Assembly: GCA_049968235.1 (NCBI GenBank) | Contig: JBMFRC010000001.1 | Location: forward strand, 357,443-421,442 | DNA length: 64,000 bases | Origin: Candidatus Hydrogenedens sp. | GTDB lineage: Bacteria > Hydrogenedentota > Hydrogenedentia > Hydrogenedentales > Hydrogenedentaceae | Direction: 5' to 3' | In this document: piece by piece, positions 48,837-60,405 of the stretch | Layout of the letters: each line of letters begins with the position of its first letter | Numbering within the stretch: the first letter of the stretch is position 1 | The notes under the pieces: model-generated | Seen by the model: the letters and a program-made list of their open reading frames with translations, nothing else | Told to the model about the DNA's origin: nothing | Databases searched by the model: none | Translations under genes and position numbers: made by a program

Positions 48837-49613
48837 TTATTTTTCATGTAGAAATATTTTTTTAAGGAAATTATAACTTTCTGAAATTTCTTCAAATATA
48901 TCTCCTTGAAAGGAGTCCTGTTCATATATATACCATTCTACCTGGGCTGTTTTTGCAGATGGGAGAATTTCTTCCCAGTTAAGTTCGCCTTTTCCTAAGG
49001 GGACAAAAATATGTCTCTTACCGGTAAGTTTCTTTTCTATCTTAGCATCTTTAATATGGATAACAGGGCACCGTTTCGGATATTTTTTTAGCCAATCCGC
49101 AGGATTGGAACCTCCAATGTATAGCCATGCTAAATCAAATTCCGCAAATAAATTATCCGGGCAGGTAGATTGTAAAAGGACATCCAGTTTGCATGAGGTC
49201 TGATTGGGAAAGAATTGAAGTTCCCAATCGTGATTATGATATGACAGACGTATATTTTTTAAGCGAAGTCGGGCACCCAGTGCATCCAGTCTTGCACAGC
49301 CTTTTAACCAGGCTTCTGCATCGGAACGACAATCGGACATCATTCCACCCGGAGCAACATCTGTTACACCTACTGTTTTCCAGAACTCCACCTGCTCATC
49401 AAATTTTTTCTCAAAATCTTCAACATTTATATGTGCTGCTACTGCTTTTAATCCTGCATTATCCAGTGCAGAACATATTTCTTTTGCCGGTAAACCGGGC
49501 ATGCCACTCCATTGAACATATTCATACCCAATTTCACGGACTTTTTTTAATGTGCCTTGCAAATCTTTTTTTGCTGGCTCACGAACACTATATAATTGCA
49601 GTCCAAAGGGCAT
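48837..49613 (-). CDS. sugar phosphate isomerase/epimerase (xylose isomerase-like TIM barrel) family protein, tandem paralogue
   Basis: PFGLQLYSVREPAKKDLQGTLKKVREIGYEYVQW...; same size (258 aa) as its neighbour. Confidence 0.65.
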   Translation of the reverse strand: MPFGLQLYSVREPAKKDLQGTLKKVREIGYEYVQWSGMPGLPAKEICSALDNAGLKAVAAHINVEDFEKKFDEQVEFWKTVGVTDVAPGGMMSDCRSDAEAWLKGCARLDALGARLRLKNIRLSYHNHDWELQFFPNQTSCKLDVLLQSTCPDNLFAEFDLAWLYIGGSNPADWLKKYPKRCPVIHIKDAKIEKKLTGKRHIFVPLGKGELNWEEILPSAKTAQVEWYIYEQDSFQGDIFEEISESYNFLKKIFLHEK

Positions 49614-49630
49614 AATATTTCCCTTTTTTA

Positions 49631-50047
49631 TTATTTAGTTTCCTGTTTTTCTTTCTTCTCTTTCTTCGGCTTCTTGGTCTCTTTCTCTTGGACCATATCT
49701 ATAATTTCGATTCGAGCCAGTGGGGAACCATCTCCCAGTCTGTGGTCGAGCCGAAGGATACGGGTATATCCACCAGCACGGTTGGCACAAGTAGGGGCAA
49801 TCTCTTTAAATAATCGTGTTACAACATCATTATCGCGGAGGCGAGCAAATGCCAATCTTCTATGATGTACCGAATCTACTTTAGCAAGGGTGATTAAAGG
49901 CTCTGCAAACATTCGAAGTTCTTTTGCCTTCATCAAACCGGTTTCAATGGCATCATGACGGAACAAGGCACACATTAAACTCCGCATCAATGCCTGTCTA
50001 TGGGAAGTATTTCTACCTAATCTTCTTCCTACTTTACGATGTCGCAT
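49631..50047 (-). CDS. rplQ: 50S ribosomal protein L17
   Basis: [24 protein letters not shown]...GGYTRI; Lys/Glu-rich C-terminal tail. Confidence 0.9.
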   Translation of the reverse strand: MRHRKVGRRLGRNTSHRQALMRSLMCALFRHDAIETGLMKAKELRMFAEPLITLAKVDSVHHRRLAFARLRDNDVVTRLFKEIAPTCANRAGGYTRILRLDHRLGDGSPLARIEIIDMVQEKETKKPKKEKKEKQETK

Positions 50048-50071
50048 GTTTCAAACTCCTCAACCAATTAT

Positions 50072-51166
50072 TTATTTGTCTTCTTGTTCTTTTTCTAACA
50101 TTTTTTCTGCCAACAAATCCTCTGCCTCGCTTACCTGTCCCTGAACACCGGGTTCATGAAATTCTACAGGGAATCGTTTCGAATGAGAACTGGAACTTTG
50201 TCTTTTTTTCATTCCCAGATTGAGCCCTAATTTCTGGAGGCTCTCTTTAACTTTTACAATTGTTGTCGCACCTAAATTCGGAAGTTTTGAAAGGGACTCT
50301 TCTGTATACCCTACAAGGTCGCCAAGTGTATGTATATCTGCCTTTTTGAAGCAATTTAAGGCTCTTTGCGGGAATTCTACCTGTTCGATGGGTTTGAGAA
50401 GAAGTTTATTCCTCTTGATTTCATTTATATCTTCTTCATTCTCTTCTTCCTCTTCAGATTTCACCTCTACTTTTTCCTGTTTTACGAAGATACGAAGATG
50501 GTCAATTAATAATGAAGCGGATTGTTCTAAAGCCAATTCCGGGGTAATGGAACCGTTGGTCCAGATTTCAAGGATAAGTCGGTCATAATCCGTTTTTTGA
50601 CCAACACGGGCATCTTCTACCTGAAAATTTACTTTGGTCACAGGGGAAAAATTGGCATCGAGATAAATTGTTCCGCGTTCCGCATGTCCTAATTCCAATT
50701 CTTCCGCAGGAGAATATCCTCTACCACGGGAAACTTTAATGTCCATCTTCAGTTTGGCATCACTACGAACCGGGACAGCAATGACATGGTCCGGGTTATA
50801 TACATCTATGGGCTGACCTTCAAATAGGTCTTTTGCATAAATAATATTTTCGCCTTCGTGTTCAAAGGAGAAAATAAGTGATTCCCCTTGATTAAGGGAT
50901 ATTTGACATCGTTTCAGATTTAGAACCAGGTCCGTAACATCTTCTTGGAAACCGGGGATTGCTGAAAATTCGTGATATATCCCATCTATTTTTATGGCAG
51001 TAATAGCACTCCCTTCAAGTGAAGCGAGAAGAACCCGCCGTAATGAATTTCCTACTGTTACGCCGTATCCCCGTTCAAATGGTTCTACAATAATCCGAGC
51101 ATAACGGTCATTGGATGACGGGTCAAATTGAACCACTTCTGGAATGATGAATTCTTTTGCTACCAT
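50072..51166 (-). CDS. rpoA: DNA-directed RNA polymerase subunit alpha
   Basis: VGNSLRRVLLASLEGSAITAIKIDG; alpha-CTD GDLVGYTEESLSKLPNLG; acidic C-terminal extension. Confidence 0.9.
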   Translation of the reverse strand: MVAKEFIIPEVVQFDPSSNDRYARIIVEPFERGYGVTVGNSLRRVLLASLEGSAITAIKIDGIYHEFSAIPGFQEDVTDLVLNLKRCQISLNQGESLIFSFEHEGENIIYAKDLFEGQPIDVYNPDHVIAVPVRSDAKLKMDIKVSRGRGYSPAEELELGHAERGTIYLDANFSPVTKVNFQVEDARVGQKTDYDRLILEIWTNGSITPELALEQSASLLIDHLRIFVKQEKVEVKSEEEEENEEDINEIKRNKLLLKPIEQVEFPQRALNCFKKADIHTLGDLVGYTEESLSKLPNLGATTIVKVKESLQKLGLNLGMKKRQSSSSHSKRFPVEFHEPGVQGQVSEAEDLLAEKMLEKEQEDK

Positions 51167-51236
51167 TTGGTTATACCCTTTGAATTTATGGTTATGCGTT
51201 TTATTTTTTTCTGTATTGTTTATATAGAAACAGAAG

Positions 51237-51635
51237 TTATACTCTTCTTCTTTTTCGGGGTCTACAACCGTTATGAGGAATAGGTGTTGTATCTTTTATC
51301 ATGGTTACATTTAAGCCAGCTGCTTGAATGGCTCTAATTGCGGATTCGCGACCCGCACCGGGTCCACTCACAAATACACTTACCTCACGAAGTCCCATTT
51401 CCAGAGCCTTTTTACTGGCTTGTTCTGCAGCTAATTGTGCCGCATAAGCCGTGCTTTTGCGAGAACCGCTAAAACCTACCTGTCCCGCACTGGACCAGGA
51501 AATGACATTGCCTAAATGGTCCGTTATGGAAACAATCGTATTGTTAAATGTTGCCTGAATATAGGCGTTACCGGATGTTATCCCTAATATGACTTTTTTC
51601 TTTTTTGCTCTTGATTTACCTTTGTCTTTTTGCAC
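51237..51635 (-). CDS. rpsK: 30S ribosomal protein S11
   Basis: [16 protein letters not shown]...[15 protein letters not shown]. Confidence 0.9.
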   Translation of the reverse strand: MQKDKGKSRAKKKKVILGITSGNAYIQATFNNTIVSITDHLGNVISWSSAGQVGFSGSRKSTAYAAQLAAEQASKKALEMGLREVSVFVSGPGAGRESAIRAIQAAGLNVTMIKDTTPIPHNGCRPRKRRRV

Positions 51636-51687
51636 GGACGATACTCCTTTTGCAATTTATTCAGTGTTGATATTATTAACGAAATAT

Positions 51688-52053
51688 TTATTTCTTCTTA
51701 GACGCAATTCTACGGGGGCCTTTCCGTGTGCGAGCATTGGTATGGGTTCGCTGTCCACGAACGGGCAATCCCTTTTTATGACGGGACCCACGATAACTTC
51801 CTATGTCCATTAACCGCTTTATATTGGCGGCGATTTCACGCCGAAGGTCACCTTCTACTTTATAATGATTCTGGATATAGGATGAAATTATATTTGCTTG
51901 TTCGTCAGTCAAATCGCGCACACGTGTATCTGGATTAATATTTGTATTCTTCAAAATTTCGAGTGCACGGGCAGGACCTACTCCGTAGATATAGGACAGT
52001 GCCACAACAATTCTTTTGTCTTTAGGTAAATCTACACCTACAACACGAGCCAT
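51688..52053 (-). CDS. rpsM: 30S ribosomal protein S13
   Basis: [26 protein letters not shown]; AGGAGAG RBS. Confidence 0.9.
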   Translation of the reverse strand: MARVVGVDLPKDKRIVVALSYIYGVGPARALEILKNTNINPDTRVRDLTDEQANIISSYIQNHYKVEGDLRREIAANIKRLMDIGSYRGSRHKKGLPVRGQRTHTNARTRKGPRRIASKKK

Positions 52054-52070
52054 TCTTTATCTCTCCTTAT

Positions 52071-52184
52071 TTATCCCTGTTTTTGTTTATGTTTTGGGTT
52101 ATCACAAATAACACGGACCTGACCGTGTCTACGGATAATTTTACATTTCTCACAAATCTTTTTTACTGAACTTCTCACTTTCAT
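52071..52184 (-). CDS. rpmJ: 50S ribosomal protein L36
   Basis: Hand translation of the minus strand gives [37 protein letters not shown]. Too short for the ORF track. Confidence 0.85.
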   Translation of the reverse strand: MKVRSSVKKICEKCKIIRRHGQVRVICDNPKHKQKQG

Positions 52185-52202
52185 AATCGTTCCATTTCCT
52201 TC

Positions 52203-52439
52203 TTACTCGTTTGATGGACCTGATTGTTTAAACCGATATGTAATGCGACCTCGTGTAAGGTCATAGGGGGACATTTCCACCTTAACCTTATCACCGGGCA
52301 ATATTCGTATAAAATTCATTCTCATTTTCCCTGAAACATGAGCCAGTATTGTGTGTCCATTCTTCAGTTGTACTTTAAACATACAATTCGGTAGTGGTTC
52401 TACCACAACACCGTCAATTTCTATGGGCTTTTCTTTCAT
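52203..52439 (-). CDS. infA: translation initiation factor IF-1
   Basis: S1-like [40 protein letters not shown]. Confidence 0.9.
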   Translation of the reverse strand: MKEKPIEIDGVVVEPLPNCMFKVQLKNGHTILAHVSGKMRMNFIRILPGDKVKVEMSPYDLTRGRITYRFKQSGPSNE

Positions 52440-52460
52440 ACGTTTTTTATATTTAGACCT

Positions 52461-53252
52461 CTAATTATTTCGTTGTCCCCATATAAGTTTTTCGTTATAT
52501 GAAAGGATTTCTCCTTTGTCTTCACGGACAACAACGCTATGTTCAAAATGGGCACTGGGCAAACCATCTCGGGTTACCGCTGTCCAACCATCGCTTAATA
52601 TACGAACGGCGGATGTCCCCATATTCACCATCGGCTCTATGGCAAGTATCATGCCTTTTCTAAGTCTCACTCCAGGTTTACCTGTATCGAAGTTCGGAAT
52701 TTGTAAGGGTTCGTGCATCTCCGTACCAATACCATGTCCTACAAAATCACGAACTACAGAAAACCCTTCTTTTTTACATGTACTTTCCACTATTTTTCCT
52801 ATATCGTTTATTGTATTTCCTTCTTTTGCAACACAAATGGCTTTTGACAGAGCCAAATCGGTTGTCTCAATCAGTTTTTTTCGTTGAGCATCAATTTCAC
52901 CACATGGCAATGTAACTGCCGCATCGCCATAGTAACCACAATAACATGTTCCAACATCAATGCTCACGATTTCTCCTTCTTTTAACATTCTTTTACCGGG
53001 TATCCCATGGACAACTTCATCTTCGATAGATATACATGTTGCCGCAGGATAACCACGATAACCTTTGAACGACGGTATAGCCCCTCGTTCTCGTATCATT
53101 TCTTCGGCAATTCTATCTAAATCTTTTGTTGTTATTCCCGGTCTAATATGCTCTGCTAAAGTCGCTAAAACTTCAGCAACTATTTGATTTGCAGTGCGGA
53201 GTAATTCTATCTCCCATTCAGAGCGAATTACCACCATACCGCATTTTTTCAC
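52461..53252 (-). CDS. map: type I methionine aminopeptidase
   Basis: Metal-ligand context (DVGTCYCGYYGD..., HGIGTEMHE, ILAIEPM). The start is either GTG at 53252 or ATG at 53237. Confidence 0.85.
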   Translation of the reverse strand: MKKCGMVVIRSEWEIELLRTANQIVAEVLATLAEHIRPGITTKDLDRIAEEMIRERGAIPSFKGYRGYPAATCISIEDEVVHGIPGKRMLKEGEIVSIDVGTCYCGYYGDAAVTLPCGEIDAQRKKLIETTDLALSKAICVAKEGNTINDIGKIVESTCKKEGFSVVRDFVGHGIGTEMHEPLQIPNFDTGKPGVRLRKGMILAIEPMVNMGTSAVRILSDGWTAVTRDGLPSAHFEHSVVVREDKGEILSYNEKLIWGQRNN

Positions 53253-53326
53253 CTTTATAGAATTAAGATTATGTATTATAACAACTTACAAAATTAAATT
53301 CAACATAAAAAATATTTATTTTTGCA

Positions 53327-54658
53327 TTAAAAACCTCTGCGAGAACGAATTCGTCCCGCTTTTCCACTAAATCCATCGTAATGCCTCATTAATAAATGCT
53401 GTTCTATCTGCTTAATTGTATCTAATGCAACACCGACTAAAATCAATAAGCTGGTCCCTCCAAAAAATTGAACAACAGTCCAATCGGGAACTTTGATAAA
53501 GAAATATACCGCTTCAGGGAGTAATGCAATGATAGTAAGAAATATCGAACCTGCAAGGGTAATTCGTGTCATAATATGATTTAGATATTCTGCTGTGGCT
53601 TTACCGGGACGGACACCTACGATAACTCCTCCATACTTCTTCATATTGTCTGCAATTTCTACGGGATTAAAAGTAATCGCTGTATAGAAAAAGGAAAAGA
53701 AAATAATTAGACCCCCATAACAAATGGCATAACCAATATTACCCGGATAAAATAGTTGTCGAATAATCTGTTCCAGAATGGGAATGCGTATCGTATCGCC
53801 CAGATAGGCAGGAAGGGAAAGTATGGAACTTGCAAAGATAATAGGAATAACACCTGCCTGATTAACTCGTAATGGTAAATATGTTTTCTGTCCGCCAGAA
53901 ACCCTTCTCCCTTTCACCTGCCTCGGATATTGAACGGGAATTCGACGTTGACCTGTGGTTATAGCAATGGCACCCGCAATAACCGCAACCATTAAGAAAA
54001 CAAGGACAAGTGCCTGAAACATATTTAATTGCTTGGAAACAAAAACTAATTGGACAAGATGTCTCAATGCTGCGGGCATGCGTGAAACAATACTGGTAAA
54101 AATAATCAATGACATACCATTGCCGATACCAAATTCGCTTATCTGTTCTCCTATCCACATAACAAATGCGGCACCTGTTGTAAATGATAAAATGCAGGTA
54201 AAGATAAAGATGGGACCCGGATTAGGAACAATTTCTTTCCCTAACCCTTGTAAAAACCAGGCAATTCCCATGGATTGAATAATACAAAGAACTATTGTCC
54301 CGTAACGGGTATAATCATTAATTTTTTGTTGACCCTGTTGCCCCTCTTTTTGCAATTTTTCTAATGCAGGAATAATCGGAATTAAGAGTGATAAAATAAT
54401 TGATGCGGTAATATAGGGCATAATACCTAATGTAAAAACGGTAGCACGGGCAAAGGCACCTCCACTGAACATATCGTAGAAACCTAATAGCCCGCCTCCC
54501 TGACTAATTTTCTGGGCTAATGCGGAACCATCAATGCCGGGAGCCGGTACATGACAGCCGAGCCTGTAAATTGCTAACATAACGAGAGTAAATATGATAC
54601 GGCTTTTCAGTTCCGGGATTCTAAATGCATTTTTGAAAGCCTCTATAGGTTGAGACAC
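53327..54658 (-). CDS. secY: preprotein translocase subunit SecY
   Basis: 443 aa, 10 TM. Conserved SecY segments (GIMPYITASIILSLL, GRRIPVQY). Confidence 0.9.
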   Translation of the reverse strand: MSQPIEAFKNAFRIPELKSRIIFTLVMLAIYRLGCHVPAPGIDGSALAQKISQGGGLLGFYDMFSGGAFARATVFTLGIMPYITASIILSLLIPIIPALEKLQKEGQQGQQKINDYTRYGTIVLCIIQSMGIAWFLQGLGKEIVPNPGPIFIFTCILSFTTGAAFVMWIGEQISEFGIGNGMSLIIFTSIVSRMPAALRHLVQLVFVSKQLNMFQALVLVFLMVAVIAGAIAITTGQRRIPVQYPRQVKGRRVSGGQKTYLPLRVNQAGVIPIIFASSILSLPAYLGDTIRIPILEQIIRQLFYPGNIGYAICYGGLIIFFSFFYTAITFNPVEIADNMKKYGGVIVGVRPGKATAEYLNHIMTRITLAGSIFLTIIALLPEAVYFFIKVPDWTVVQFFGGTSLLILVGVALDTIKQIEQHLLMRHYDGFSGKAGRIRSRRGF

Positions 54659-54679
54659 CGAATAACTCCTCTCATACTA

Positions 54680-55162
54680 TTATGAGTTTTGTTTTTCTTC
54701 TGAAGTTTCTTCTTTTATCTTTTGTAATTTAATCGTTCCGCCAGCACTTTCAATCTTTTGTTGTGCAGAGGGAGAGACCGATTGAACTATGATATTAAAA
54801 GATTTTGTTAATTCTCCTTTACCTAAAATCTTAACACCGCCTTTTTGTTTCTTTGCTAAACCTTTCTTAATTAAATCTTCTGTTGTGATGGTTGCTCCTG
54901 TATCAAAGAATTTTTCGAGCATCTCTACATTCACTACGGAAACCGGGAACCGCTTTATATGATGAAAACCGCGTTTGGGCAAACGACGATGTATAGGCAT
55001 TTGACCACCTTCAAACCCGGGTTTTGTCTTATAACCCGAACGGGATTGGGCCCCTTTATGTCCACGACAGGAGGTCTTGCCATGTCCTGAACTGGGACCT
55101 CTTCCAACGCGTTTTCTTCTCTTTTTGGCACCTTCTTTATAAGTTAATGTATGTAGTTCCAT
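54680..55162 (-). CDS. rplO: 50S ribosomal protein L15
   Basis: RVGRGPSSGHGKTSCRGHKG. Confidence 0.85.
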   Translation of the reverse strand: MELHTLTYKEGAKKRRKRVGRGPSSGHGKTSCRGHKGAQSRSGYKTKPGFEGGQMPIHRRLPKRGFHHIKRFPVSVVNVEMLEKFFDTGATITTEDLIKKGLAKKQKGGVKILGKGELTKSFNIIVQSVSPSAQQKIESAGGTIKLQKIKEETSEEKQNS

Positions 55163-55188
55163 CGTTTTTTTCCCTTTTTACCTTTGAT

Positions 55189-55743
55189 TTATTCTTCCTT
55201 CGGTTTTGTTTTCCTCGTTATGGTATTCAAGCCTCTGATTTGTAATATTTCCTCACGGGTTTTGAGTTGACGAAGCCCATTCAGGGTTGCCCATATTACA
55301 TTTACTGAGGTATTAGAACCTAATGATTTTGTTAACACATTTGAATATCCTGCCGCCTCTAAAACTGCACGCACAGGACCACCAGCGACAATTCCCGTTC
55401 CACGAGAAGCCGGTTTTAAGAGGACCCTCGCCGCATCTGCTCTACCCAGTACTTCATGAGGGATAGTCGTTTCTACAATAGGGACCTTGAACATATTTTT
55501 CTTCGCTTTTTCTGTTGCTTTCCGGATGGCATCAACAGTTTCTCCCGCTTTACCGATTGCCGCACCAATATTTCCTTTGCCATCTCCCACAACAACGAGA
55601 GCAGAGAAACTGAAACGTTTGCCACCTTTTACTACTTTGGCAACACGACTAACACGAATAACCTGTTCTATAAATTCCGTCGGTTGCTGTTCAACTATAA
55701 CATCATCTTCTTCCGTATTTCTTCTTGATTTTCTTTCCATCAT
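55189..55743 (-). CDS. rpsE: 30S ribosomal protein S5
   Basis: [24 protein letters not shown]. Confidence 0.9.
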   Translation of the reverse strand: MMERKSRRNTEEDDVIVEQQPTEFIEQVIRVSRVAKVVKGGKRFSFSALVVVGDGKGNIGAAIGKAGETVDAIRKATEKAKKNMFKVPIVETTIPHEVLGRADAARVLLKPASRGTGIVAGGPVRAVLEAAGYSNVLTKSLGSNTSVNVIWATLNGLRQLKTREEILQIRGLNTITRKTKPKEE

Positions 55744-55757
55744 AATTCATGTTCTCC

Positions 55758-56111
55758 TTAAAATTTTAATCCTGCTTCTCGTGCGGAGTCTGCAAGTGCT
55801 TTTACTCTACCGTGATATAAATGTCCTCCACGGTCAAATGCAACTTTAGAGATAGATTGGGCAAGAGCCTTTTGGGCAAGGACACTTCCTACCTGTTTGG
55901 CAGATTCAATATTCCCACCTTTAATCTTTAGTTGCACCGATGACGCTGAGACTAAGGTTTTACCCTGAGTATCATCAATTATCTGAGCGTAGATATGATT
56001 CAATGTCTTTGTAACGCGCAGTCTCGGACATGAAGTTGTTCCAAAAATCTTCTTACGAACTCTTTGTTTTCTCCGTTCCAGACGAGCTATTTTTTGATAA
56101 ATTTTCTTCAT
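55758..56111 (-). CDS. rplR: 50S ribosomal protein L18
   Basis: [17 protein letters not shown]...[25 protein letters not shown]. Confidence 0.85.
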   Translation of the reverse strand: MKKIYQKIARLERRKQRVRKKIFGTTSCPRLRVTKTLNHIYAQIIDDTQGKTLVSASSVQLKIKGGNIESAKQVGSVLAQKALAQSISKVAFDRGGHLYHGRVKALADSAREAGLKF

Positions 56112-56130
56112 AGTATCTCTATCCTATTTG

Positions 56131-56670
56131 TTATTTGCCACTTGCTTTGGATTCTTTTCTACGAATGCGTTCATAATCGTAACGGATTCCCTTACCTTTA
56201 TAAGGTTCCGGTTTGCGTAACGCACGGATATTTGCGGAGACCTGTCCCACCAATTCTTTATCAATTCCTATGACCTTTATTGTTTGTGGGTTATCAACGG
56301 CAAAAGTAATTCCAGGTGGGGGTTCCATACTAACGGGATGACTGAAACCCAATGTAAGGTTCAAATTCTTCCCTTGTAAGGAAGCACGGTATCCGACCCC
56401 CTCAATCAATAAGGTCTTTTGATAGCCCTTTGTTACACCTATTATCATGTTGTGAATCAGAACACGAGTTAATCCATGCAGGGCTTTATGTTCTCTTTTA
56501 TCACTGGGTCTTTGAACAATGATTTGCTTATCTTCAATATTTATAATAACCTCTGGATGAAAGGTTCTTTGTAGTGTTCCTTTAGGTCCTGTAACGGTCA
56601 GGGTGTTCCCCTGTAATTCGCATTTTACGCCATCCGGTACAGGTACCGGTAATTTACCTATCCGCGACAC
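56131..56670 (-). CDS. rplF: 50S ribosomal protein L6
   Basis: MSRIGKLPVPVPDGV...GKGIRY. Confidence 0.9.
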   Translation of the reverse strand: MSRIGKLPVPVPDGVKCELQGNTLTVTGPKGTLQRTFHPEVIINIEDKQIIVQRPSDKREHKALHGLTRVLIHNMIIGVTKGYQKTLLIEGVGYRASLQGKNLNLTLGFSHPVSMEPPPGITFAVDNPQTIKVIGIDKELVGQVSANIRALRKPEPYKGKGIRYDYERIRRKESKASGK

Positions 56671-56706
56671 TGTTTATCCCTTTCTGTTATTTCTTTTTGT
56701 TTTAGG

Positions 56707-57105
56707 TTACCAGACTTCACAAATAACTTCACCACCGAGTTTTTGTTTCTTCGCATCACGACCTGTCATAATCCCTTTCGGGGTTGACATAATTTGTATT
56801 CCAAAACCACTCCGAACAGGTTTCAGGTCTCGATAACCGGAATACCTGCGGATGCTGGGTCTACTTACTCTTCGAATTCCCTGAATTACAGAACGACGGT
56901 CTTTGGTATAATTCAGTTGAATTTTTAATTGAGGTACTTTGCTGTCCTTATCCAATTGATAATCTGCAATAAATCCCTCTTTTTTCAGGACTTTGCAGAC
57001 CTCTTCTTTTATTTTAGAAGCAGGAATTTCTACCGTTACGTGTCCTGCTTGTGCCGCATTGCGCATCCGCGTTAACATATCACTAATGGGGTCATTCATT
57101 GACAT
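56707..57105 (-). CDS. rpsH: 30S ribosomal protein S8
   Basis: DPISDMLTRMRNA...GGEVICEVW. Confidence 0.9.
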   Translation of the reverse strand: MSMNDPISDMLTRMRNAAQAGHVTVEIPASKIKEEVCKVLKKEGFIADYQLDKDSKVPQLKIQLNYTKDRRSVIQGIRRVSRPSIRRYSGYRDLKPVRSGFGIQIMSTPKGIMTGRDAKKQKLGGEVICEVW

Positions 57106-57126
57106 ATTTCTTACCCTTTTCCTTAT

Positions 57127-57312
57127 TTACCAACTCGATTTAGTTACACCGGGAATTTTACCTTCCAAAGCCAAAGTACGGAAACAAATTCTACAAATCT
57201 GGAAATCGCGCATAAATGCTCGAGGTCTTCCACATCGCTTACATCGATTATACTTGCGAACCTTGAATTTGGGAGGCCTGCTTGCTTTTATCATTAAAGA
57301 TTTCTTAGCCAC
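57127..57312 (-). CDS. rpsZ: 30S ribosomal protein S14 type Z (zinc-binding, 61 aa)
   Basis: [22 protein letters not shown]. Confidence 0.85.
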   Translation of the reverse strand: MAKKSLMIKASRPPKFKVRKYNRCKRCGRPRAFMRDFQICRICFRTLALEGKIPGVTKSSW

Positions 57313-57323
57313 AATAGTTACTC

Positions 57324-57869
57324 CTATGTTGTAAATGGCATTCCAAACATTCTTAATATTTCACGATTAGCATCTGTCGATGTCGAATTTTTGAACACGA
57401 AAGTAATGTTCATTCCACGAACACGTTGAATGCTATCAATATTTATTTCCGGAAAAATAGTTTGTTCCTTTAACCCTAATGTATAGTTGCCAAAGGGGTC
57501 AAAGGATTTTGTAGGAACTCCGCGAAAGTCGCGAATACGGGGAATGGCAATATTGAAAAGGCGGTCCATAAATTCATACATACGGTCACCACGCAAGGTT
57601 ACACGGCAACCGATACTAACACCTTTTCTTAATTTAAAGTTCGATACAGACTTTCTTGCCTTACGAATTTGCGGTTTTTGTCCTGTGATAATACCCAATT
57701 CATTCGCCGCATTTTCTAAAAGTCGTGCATCCTGTGTGGCATCGCCGACACCCATATTCACAACGATTTTCTCCAGACGCGGAACCTGCATGATATTTTT
57801 ATATTGAAACTTTTTCATCGCCTCAGGGACGATTTGCTGAAAATATTTCTCTTTTAACCTTGGAGCCAC
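57324..57869 (-). CDS. rplE: 50S ribosomal protein L5
   Basis: [39 protein letters not shown]. Confidence 0.9.
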   Translation of the reverse strand: MAPRLKEKYFQQIVPEAMKKFQYKNIMQVPRLEKIVVNMGVGDATQDARLLENAANELGIITGQKPQIRKARKSVSNFKLRKGVSIGCRVTLRGDRMYEFMDRLFNIAIPRIRDFRGVPTKSFDPFGNYTLGLKEQTIFPEINIDSIQRVRGMNITFVFKNSTSTDANREILRMFGMPFTT

Positions 57870-57884
57870 AGTTTTTCTCCTTCT

Positions 57885-58196
57885 TTAATCTAATGCTTCA
57901 CCGGTCGCTTCCCAAACACGAACACGGCGTCCATCTTCTAATTTTTTCATTTTTATTTTTGATGGTGCATTAATTGCTTCGCACCACGGAGCTACATTGG
58001 AAATGTGGATAGGTGCTTCTTTTTGGACAATCCCACCTGCCTGATTTCGTGCAGAAGGTTTTGTATGCTTCTTCACAATATTTACCCCTTCCACCAAAAT
58101 CTTTTGTTTTTTAGGATAAACTTCTAAAACTCTACCTTTTTTACCTTTGTATTCACCACGAATAACTATTACGGTATCTTTCTTACGAATATGCAT
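57885..58196 (-). CDS. rplX: 50S ribosomal protein L24
   Basis: MHIRKKDTVIVIRGEYKGKKGRV. Internal ATG at 58196 with a GGAGG RBS is preferred over the ORF-table start 58211. Confidence 0.85.
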   Translation of the reverse strand: MHIRKKDTVIVIRGEYKGKKGRVLEVYPKKQKILVEGVNIVKKHTKPSARNQAGGIVQKEAPIHISNVAPWCEAINAPSKIKMKKLEDGRRVRVWEATGEALD

Positions 58197-58212
58197 GCAA
58201 TTAACCTCCATC

Positions 58213-58581
58213 CTATAATACTTCCGGGGCTAAGGAAACAATTCGCATGAACCCCTTTTCCCGCAATTCACGGGCAACGGGTCCGAAGATGCGTGTTCCC
58301 CGAGGTTCCATTTGATTGTTAAGTATCACGGCTGCATTAGAATCAAAACGGATAGTTGTCCCATCCGGACGTTGTGTATCGCGACGCATGCGAACAACAA
58401 CCGCTTTAACAACATCTCCTTTTTTTACATTGGAGTTGGGAATGGCTTCTTTGACACTGGCAGTTATAATATCTCCAAGACCAGCATAACGACGCCTGGA
58501 ACTACCCATTACCTGGATAACCCGAATTACACGGGCACCCGAATTATCTGCCACTTTTAATCGCGAATATATCTGAATCAT
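58213..58581 (-). CDS. rplN: 50S ribosomal protein L14
   Basis: [17 protein letters not shown]... Confidence 0.9.
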   Translation of the reverse strand: MIQIYSRLKVADNSGARVIRVIQVMGSSRRRYAGLGDIITASVKEAIPNSNVKKGDVVKAVVVRMRRDTQRPDGTTIRFDSNAAVILNNQMEPRGTRIFGPVARELREKGFMRIVSLAPEVL

Positions 58582-58589
58582 TGGAATTT

Positions 58590-58970
58590 TTACTCCTCTG
58601 CTGGTTGTTCGGAACTTATAAGTTCACTGGTTTCATCTATCTGCAATGCTTCCTCTATACCTTTTTTCTTAAGAACATCCGCAGATTGGATTATCTCTAC
58701 CAATCTCCAACGTTTGGTCTTACTTAAAGGACGGCACTCACGAATACGAACAATATCCCCAGTTTTGGCTTTGTTTTCTTCGTCATGCGCCTTATATTTC
58801 TTTGTTCGTTTGACCCCTTTTTTGTAAAGAGGATGATACTTTAACCGTTCTACGCTCACCGTTATGGTTTTATTCATAGCGCTACTCGTAACAATTCCAA
58901 CGAGTTCTTTTTTCAATCCTGTTGTTTTCGTATTTTCTGAACTCATAGTTCGCAATTCCTGATTCTCCAT
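58590..58970 (-). CDS. rpsQ: 30S ribosomal protein S17 (with acidic C-terminal extension; alternative start ATG 58946)
   Basis: [29 protein letters not shown]...[18 protein letters not shown]. Confidence 0.85.
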   Translation of the reverse strand: MENQELRTMSSENTKTTGLKKELVGIVTSSAMNKTITVSVERLKYHPLYKKGVKRTKKYKAHDEENKAKTGDIVRIRECRPLSKTKRWRLVEIIQSADVLKKKGIEEALQIDETSELISSEQPAEE

Positions 58971-58980
58971 TTAGATTGTT

Positions 58981-59205
58981 CTACTTTTTCTTCTTACCTT
59001 TTTGCTTACCTTCTTCAGATAATTCTCGTTCTCTTAAAATTGTCTTTATCCGAGCAATATCTTTACGGGTAACACGACCCGCCCGAACATTATCTACAAC
59101 ACCTGTTACTAATTTCAGTCGAAAATTAATCAACTCTTTTTTTCGTTCTTCGAGGAGTGCCATCAATTCCTCGCTATTTTTATCGCGTAAATCTTTCGCC
59201 TGCAT
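58981..59205 (-). CDS. rpmC: 50S ribosomal protein L29
   Basis: MQAKDLRDKNSEELMALLEERKKELINFRLK. Confidence 0.85.
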   Translation of the reverse strand: MQAKDLRDKNSEELMALLEERKKELINFRLKLVTGVVDNVRAGRVTRKDIARIKTILRERELSEEGKQKGKKKK

Positions 59206-59229
59206 TTTTATTCATCCTTTTATAAACGA

Positions 59230-59637
59230 TTAACTTCGTTTTATCAATGTTGTTTTAATGGGCAATTTATGTCCAGCCAAACGAAACGCTTCTTCTGCTA
59301 AATTTTGCTCTACTCCTTCCACCTCGAAAAGGATACGCCCTCTTTTTACGACGGCAACCCATTCTTCCGGTGCTCCTTTGCCTTTACCCATACGAGTTTC
59401 GGCAGGTTTTTTAGAAATAGGTTTATCCGGAAAAACGCGAACGAAGATTTTTCCTCCACGTTTGAGATGTCGTGTAATGGCAATACGCGCCGCTTCTATC
59501 TGACGGGCAGTAATCCATGCGGTTTCCAGTGCTTTAAGTCCATATTCGCCGAAATTAACTTCCGTAGCACCTTTAGAAACGCCGCGTCTTCTTCCGCGTT
59601 GTTGTTTTCTATATTTTGTTCTGCGTGGAGATAACAT
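59230..59637 (-). CDS. rplP: 50S ribosomal protein L16
   Basis: [19 protein letters not shown]...[24 protein letters not shown]. Confidence 0.9.
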   Translation of the reverse strand: MLSPRRTKYRKQQRGRRRGVSKGATEVNFGEYGLKALETAWITARQIEAARIAITRHLKRGGKIFVRVFPDKPISKKPAETRMGKGKGAPEEWVAVVKRGRILFEVEGVEQNLAEEAFRLAGHKLPIKTTLIKRS

Positions 59638-59649
59638 GTTTTAGACTCC

Positions 59650-60393
59650 TCAACCATTCGTTTGTTTGTTTTGGGGTGCTTTTCGAACAGGTCTTCCCGA
59701 ACGATCACCACGAGAAGGTGTCATTCGCACAGTTTCAACACCTGCTACACCGCTAACAAATTTTTTATGTTCAATATCCCCTAAATATATCCACACTTTT
59801 ACGCCAATGGTTCCATAAGTGGTAAAACTGGTTGCCACACCATAATCAACCCATGCCCTTAAAGTATGTAGAGGAACGCTACCTTCGTGTGTTTGTTCAG
59901 CACGGGCAATTTCGGCTCCGTTTAATCTGCCTGCAACACGAATGCGGATACCTTTGGCTCCTGCCCGCAATGCACTTTCGACAGCTCGTTTCATGGCACG
60001 GCGGAAGGAAGCTCGTTTTTCTATTTGAAGAGCAATGTTTTCTGCTACTAATTGAGCATTTAGTTCCGGCAACTTTACTTCAACAATCTGTAAATTCACC
60101 ATTCTACCAGGGCACAAGATTTCTACTTCGGTCTTTACTTTTTCTAATTCGGCACCTTTTTGACCAATAACAAGACCCGGCCTTGCGGTATAAATATAAA
60201 TTTTTACCCTTTTTCCGGCTCGCTCTACATCAATACGGGCTATACCTGCGGCAAACAATCGCTTTTTTAAATATTCACGGATTTTCAGGTCTTCATGAAA
60301 TAATGATGTATATTCTCTTTCATTATACCAGATAGAAGACCATTTTTCTATGACTCCTAAACGGAAGCCAAATGGATGAACTTTTTGTCCCAC
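59650..60393 (-). CDS. rpsC: 30S ribosomal protein S3
   Basis: [18 protein letters not shown]; KH domain; arginine-rich C-terminus. Confidence 0.9.
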   Translation of the reverse strand: MGQKVHPFGFRLGVIEKWSSIWYNEREYTSLFHEDLKIREYLKKRLFAAGIARIDVERAGKRVKIYIYTARPGLVIGQKGAELEKVKTEVEILCPGRMVNLQIVEVKLPELNAQLVAENIALQIEKRASFRRAMKRAVESALRAGAKGIRIRVAGRLNGAEIARAEQTHEGSVPLHTLRAWVDYGVATSFTTYGTIGVKVWIYLGDIEHKKFVSGVAGVETVRMTPSRGDRSGRPVRKAPQNKQTNG

Positions 60394-60405
60394 GCGTATC
60401 TCCTT